DNA from: an uncultured virus (IMG/VR IMGVR_UViG_3300010233_000001)
Lineage: Duplodnaviria; Heunggongvirae; Uroviricota; Caudoviricetes
Length of the DNA: 57,581 nucleotides
IMG/VR virus record: IMGVR_UViG_3300010233_000001
Strand: one strand, 5' to 3'
Both the position numbers and the translations under genes were made by a program. Below are positions 52,742-57,581 of the stretch, in pieces. The notes beneath the pieces are model-generated. The model was not told where the DNA came from. It ran no database searches and was given only the letters and a program-made list of their open reading frames with translations. Positions within the stretch are counted from its first letter, which is position 1, and each line of letters opens with the position of its first letter.

Positions 52742-54612
52742 GAATGGGTTACTCCGAGTTAGCGAGCTGGAATCCTTGTTGAGTTAGGAAAGTATGTCTC
52801 TTGCCATTGCTAACGGCGGTAACAATGTAGTCTCCGGCTGAAAGGTTATTGCGGTCGGTCTCATCCAGCAATTCTTCCGGATCACACTGGAGAGAGACTA
52901 GGCATTTGAGAAGCGATTTGAGATAGTTTGAAGAGCTAAAGCAGCCCTTTTCAGAAGCCATGATACCTTTATTAGCACTCATGGCATGAACCTCTGGATT
53001 CCGAAGTAGATCAACTGGGCCAGGTTGAAAGTTACCATCCCCAAAATTACCGGATGCCTCCATGGGGAGGCGGGAGTGATGATGATACGATTGGGAAGAA
53101 CAATATGCTTGCGCATATCCCGTTGTTCTCCGATTCGGGGCGGGCGCGGGCGTTGTGAATGGGTTGTTTTCATACATCTAGATCTCCAGATTGTAATTGT
53201 TCAAACATTGGAGAACAACCAATTGCTGCTGGTTATAGAAGTAACCAAAACGAAGTGTGGTATCTTTTTTGGGTACCATAGGTTCTTGAGACTTTGTCGG
53301 AAGACCATTCACAAATCTATATCTCATGATGGTTTCTCTTGCTCTCGGTGAAAATTCACTTCAAACGTAGTATGGTTTATACTAACACTTTTCAATCGTT
53401 TCACGAAAACTCCGAACCGAGTGTGCCAAGCCAAGAAGTAACGCTTACCTCGCCATTCAACAACTTTTCCGGGCTGATCAATGCTGGGACAGAGAGATCG
53501 TAATTCGGTATTGACTTGTTCGAAGGCAAAATATTGTCCAAGACTCATCGTTCCTCAGCCTGATTACGATAGCGAAGATTATCTAGGTCTTGCCTAAGAT
53601 TGACAAGGTCTCGACTAAGCTTGGTGTGATCACTGTCCACAAACTGAAGATGCAGATCTTGCCCATTTTGGATATCTTGAATGGCCCTGATTTGATCTTG
53701 CATAGTATTGATACTCTTTTGCAAAGAAGCAGTAACCAGAGAGTCGCAGATGCCAATCAGTCCTATAAGAATAATCGCAATGTTTTTCATTGAGAAGTCC
53801 GTATCTGTAGAGAATCTACCTTGACTTGCAAGACAATCAACTGATCATATAGATTAGCTATTCCTAGCGATAGGCAGATGATTGCTACTATCAAGGCTAG
53901 GTTGACACTGAGTTGCTTCATTGGCGATGTGATCCGTGAATCCGGGCGATGAATGGGTCGGCCCTCGAAACTCATAAAGGGTGTCACTGACATGACCACC
54001 AAAGGTATTGACTACTTGGGCTATCACGTATCCCAACTTAATCACTGCGTTATCTGCCACTGCCTTTGCGGCACTATAGCTATTCCTGGTCCAGACTCGG
54101 TCCTCGCAACCAGGCTTGCTTGCCGTGATACGAAACTCATCGATCCAGGTACTCACAAGGCGGTCCTTTCGTGAATGGGTCAATTCGATTTGACGGGAAA
54201 TGTAAAGATCCATCGAAAAGGTTGAAATGGAATTACCCATTTGAACATGGCAAAGAGAAATTCGGGAATCCAACTTCTCTTGATGGCTACCAGTTGGAAA
54301 GAACTTTCATCCATGATTATCTAACTTTTAATAATGACAGATCTGAATGGGTTATGTTCTATGTGGTGAAAGATAATCTCTTGGGCATCTTCCAGGTTAT
54401 CATACCTAGCTAGCTTGGGATGCCTGACTACCATGCCGTACAGGTGGTAGTAAGGTATGCTCTCATTGGTGAAGTCCTTGAGGACTTCGGCCAAAACTTC
54501 ACCGATAATCTTCTCCAGGCGGAGCCGATGTCGGAGGGCAGCGCTCAATTTCTGAAGGCTTCCTTGCACATCCAGCATGCCATCGGGATATCTGATGATG
54601 TGTTCGTCGAGT

Positions 54613-54984
54613 TTACTCATGAATGGGTCCCCCTATCAGCTTGTCGAGAAGAGAGACGACTTCCTTCTTGGTACGCGATGGAATATCGTTCCAAGAGATA
54701 GCAGTCACAATTGTTCCCTTAGTCATCCGGCTGACTTCACGCTGAATCTGGCTGAGAGCCAAACGTCTATCCTCTTCGCTACATTCCACCAAATTGAGGA
54801 AGCCTGTTAGGCAGGCATGAGTTAGCGGATAGACTCCTGAGATGATATGCGACCTATCTAGATAGGCCATAGAGTTGGGAAAGTCTTTAGAGCTAATGTA
54901 GCTCCTGCCTTGACACCAACCATACCGCTGAAGCATCCAGCGGGTAGCCATCAGAACTTCTCGAGGGTTGTTGGCTCGGCTCAT
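54613..54984 (-). CDS. DUF6197-like phage protein
   Basis: WMLQRYGWCQG..CLTG..WND..RTKKEVVSLLDKLI. Confidence 0.65.
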   Translation of the reverse strand: MSRANNPREVLMATRWMLQRYGWCQGRSYISSKDFPNSMAYLDRSHIISGVYPLTHACLTGFLNLVECSEEDRRLALSQIQREVSRMTKGTIVTAISWNDIPSRTKKEVVSLLDKLIGGPIHE

Positions 54985-55497
54985 GAATGGGTCAGTGTTC
55001 CAGGGTAACGGACCGGAAGAGATAGGAGTAGTGACCCATGTGGTAGGCAGACAGGTATGCTAATCCACGACTGGCACCGAAAGGATTTGCTACTAGATAA
55101 GTCTCCAAGATAGGATTTCTGATGATATCCTTGAAGACCTCGGCTGCATCCTTGTCGCCCAGCTCGATCAGTAGCTTAACGGTTTCATGTGAGAGTCGCA
55201 TGTTGCCTCTTGTGTTGTAACATCTCCCACTCATCCAGGGCGGTAGCTAATGCAATGACCTCAGAGAGTCCAAGATCATTGTAGCTTACCTCCTGGCCTG
55301 AGCGAAGCTTGCGTATCCAGGTAACCATGTCAGCCTCGTGAGAGTTTCATGTTATATCCCTATCGATATGGATGAGTTGAAGGCTTAGTTTGTCTTGTCT
55401 TAGCCTCTCTAGTCAAGTAGTAATGATTAGATATCAACCCAATCACGCTAATACTAGCCATAATTATGAATGGCAGCATATCAACTCAAATTATATA

Positions 55498-56121
55498 CTA
55501 ACCACGAGAGAAGCTTGCCCTATCTTGGTGCGCTTTCACGCCAAACCCAAGATTCTTAGTCGAAGTACCTCTCTGATGGATAACAGGTCCCTTAGACTTC
55601 TTAAGCACCCGACTAATGGCATCGAGACGCTCTACCCTATTATGAAGGTTAGCTTTAGCGTTATCTACCTCGGCGAACCAATCGGAAGCTCCTTCGAATA
55701 GCCTGAGGTCAGCCCATCGGTCAGCTTCCTGCCCTAGTTTAAAGTCCTTGATCAAGTCTTCCACTTCACCCTTGGCATTGATACGAGTCTCAACAATTCC
55801 CTTTGAATTGTAGATCGTAGCAACCCACGGTTTAGGTGCCGGTCCTTGGGGAGGATTGTTGATCTTATCGGCCAGCTTTTGGGCTTCGGTTACGATAATA
55901 TGATTCATCACCGCAGCAGCAATCTCTTGGAGAGCTGGGGTGGGCATCAGAATACCATCATCCACTTTACGTAGGATAGGAGAGGTGACAGAAGCCAGAT
56001 CCCCCGTAGTTAGGAAATCACGATGAGCCTGAAGGAAAGCGCTGGCGCTATGTGCCGCTCGGGTGTGAGTTTTTGCCAAAAAACCTTTCGGAGTCATCGT
56101 CCTCGTTTTGGTGTCGCTCAT
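55498..56121 (-). CDS. Hypothetical protein (start revised to MSDTKT)
   Basis: ATG at 56121 follows an ACCCATTCACG motif and an AG-rich leader. Confidence 0.6.
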   Translation of the reverse strand: MSDTKTRTMTPKGFLAKTHTRAAHSASAFLQAHRDFLTTGDLASVTSPILRKVDDGILMPTPALQEIAAAVMNHIIVTEAQKLADKINNPPQGPAPKPWVATIYNSKGIVETRINAKGEVEDLIKDFKLGQEADRWADLRLFEGASDWFAEVDNAKANLHNRVERLDAISRVLKKSKGPVIHQRGTSTKNLGFGVKAHQDRASFSRG

Positions 56122-56155
56122 AATTCTTTCTCTTTCGATCCGTGAATGGGTCGTT

Positions 56156-56536
56156 TCAGATGCCATCGATAAACTTGACTGTGACACCATTGTTAGCGAA
56201 GTTGAGGGTGATCAAGCGCTCTCGCTCTTCCTCACTCTCCATCGCCATATCACTTACATAGGCGTCATTGTCTCCCATCAGGATGGCACAGGTGTTGCTT
56301 CGCTCCAGGGGAGCGCCGCTATTGTAGAGGAACAAGAAGCTAGCCTTGTCGGCAAAGGCTTCTTTGATCTCGGGCTGGTCAGGGGAACTCACACCTTTGA
56401 TCTGTTCTGGGGTTAGGCCACAGGCCAGGGCATAGAAGCCCAGACAGCACATCTTGCCATCTTCCTCACGGAGTAGCTTGGACCGTTGACTGCCCTCGCC
56501 TCGCAACCACTTGCTTCTATCGATGATGAGATCCAT
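56156..56536 (-). CDS. Hypothetical phage protein (start revised to MDLII)
   Basis: KWLRG..MCCLGF..ND; ATG embedded in ACCCATTCATG. Confidence 0.6.
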   Translation of the reverse strand: MDLIIDRSKWLRGEGSQRSKLLREEDGKMCCLGFYALACGLTPEQIKGVSSPDQPEIKEAFADKASFLFLYNSGAPLERSNTCAILMGDNDAYVSDMAMESEEERERLITLNFANNGVTVKFIDGI

Positions 56537-56835
56537 GAATGGGTCCTTACTTTTTGGAACGTAGAGTGATGCGTCCGTCAATCGGAATGACATCCAGTTG
56601 AATGTCAATAGAAGTGACTACGTCATCTTTCGAGAACATCTGTCGCCAGATGGAAACGGTTCCGATCCGAAGCTGCTCACCGTTAGCTGTCTGAGTGTAG
56701 GCTTCCAACTCTTCTGCTTTGGGGATAATCAGCTTCATGGTGATATCTGTCTTGCAATGTCTGGATAGCAGTGACCCATGACTAAAGCCAGCGCCATCAC
56801 TCCTAGCAAAAACCACTTAGCCCACCAGGCTGGTT

Positions 56836-57318
56836 TCATTCCCACACCACTTCGTGCTGGTCATTGACCTTGCCCAGCTTGATATCTTTGACTTTGGCCT
56901 TAAGCATAGCCATGTAGAGATCAGGAGCCACCATATCCATGGAACCAATCCGGTTTTCCCCTTTGGGATGCGAAGCGCTATCATTATCTTCCAGGAGAGC
57001 CATGATGCCCATCACTTGGAAGGCGCCTCCCAAGCCAGGGAGCATGGCAGCCAGACAAGCCTTCTCGGTGAAGCGATGAACCTGGCCAGGCTGAAGGGTA
57101 GCATCCACGATGGGACCGGCGTAGACCATGGCCACGAAGTCACCGTCATTGGCTTCCATGGCATCGTAGACCAGGGTGCCAGGGTCCGACTCAGCCAGAT
57201 AGTCCTTCAGGTCTCCACCCGAACTTGAGACCTTGTTGCCATCCGCCGTGAGGCCGTCGGAATGCCAACCGATATGGCCTCGACCAATAATCTTCCAAGT
57301 AATCCGACGATTGTTCAT
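56836..57318 (-). CDS. Hypothetical protein
   Basis: 160-aa ORF downstream of a motif copy. Confidence 0.6.
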   Translation of the reverse strand: MNNRRITWKIIGRGHIGWHSDGLTADGNKVSSSGGDLKDYLAESDPGTLVYDAMEANDGDFVAMVYAGPIVDATLQPGQVHRFTEKACLAAMLPGLGGAFQVMGIMALLEDNDSASHPKGENRIGSMDMVAPDLYMAMLKAKVKDIKLGKVNDQHEVVWE

Positions 57319-57336
57319 GACGTTCTCAAAAAGTAT

Positions 57337-57581
57337 TTAGTGAATGGGTTGTTGTTGGGCCAACTTTTTGGCCAACTTGATCAGTTTGAGGATGTCTTGT
57401 TTGGTTGTACTCTTCTCGTCATTGAAGATTCCAGGGTAGCATTTGATCTTTCTAATAGCTTCCCAAGCCATATTTTTGACGGAAGACTCAGCCTCTACCA
57501 AAGACCAAGCCCCTTGAAGACACATACCAGTCGGAGGATTCTTGGCGGATAAATTAGCATAGTTCTCACTTGAGCGATTTT
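57337..57581 (-). CDS. DUF6197-like protein, 5' truncated by the window edge
   Basis: Frame open to the edge; MCLQGA..FND..TTKQDILKLI. Confidence 0.55.
   Translation of the reverse strand, partial: NRSSENYANLSAKNPPTGMCLQGAWSLVEAESSVKNMAWEAIRKIKCYPGIFNDEKSTTKQDILKLIKLAKKLAQQQPIH

Larger units (their letters stand above)
8677..57349 (-). repeat. Dispersed strand-polarised motif (G)ACCCATTCA(CG/TG), about 21 copies
   Basis: TGAATGGGT on the plus strand at 8677, 24514, 27493, 33119, 37723, 37769, 39194, 40875, 45768, 48909, 50608, 52741, 53156, 53950, 54172, 54344, 54620, 54984, 56143, 56536, 57341 (counted by eye). Confidence 0.9.

Noticed and set aside
1..57581. Stop-codon reassignment as the cause of the short ORFs
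   Set aside because: Recognisable genes are full length under the standard code, all three stops are used, and ORFs abut through ATGA-type overlaps

Overview
This window looks like a 57.6 kb slice of a large (jumbo-type) phage genome. It holds more than 100 short, tightly packed, mostly minus-strand hypothetical ORFs, with no structural or core replication genes, and many internal paralog families. An OmpA protein and two lipoproteins of myxobacterial style hint at a Myxococcota-like host (inference). Recognisable genes are a DRB0094-type RNA ligase, a tRNA-binding OB-fold protein, a small DNA methyltransferase, a Zn deaminase, a PRTase, a QueD-like T-fold protein, an AhpD/CMD peroxidase, a prim-pol domain, three minimal kinase-like proteins, and four HNH plus two GIY-YIG endonucleases. 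Three things stand out. (1) A 712-aa ROT/TROVE-like plus TerD-like gene is followed immediately by an array of four covarying stem-loop RNAs, and the locus also carries two 44-nt CCA-ended mini-tRNAs and an enlarged tRNA-like RNA. This is a candidate Ro60/Y-RNA-like ribonucleoprotein system. (2) A Pol-beta-like nucleotidyltransferase is surrounded by six ORFs sharing a C-terminal GW(S/N)xS..C tail, a candidate enzyme/substrate peptide-modification system. (3) A strand-polarised ACCCATTCA motif occurs about 21 times, mostly at gene junctions. All family calls come from motif recognition by eye; no database searches were run.
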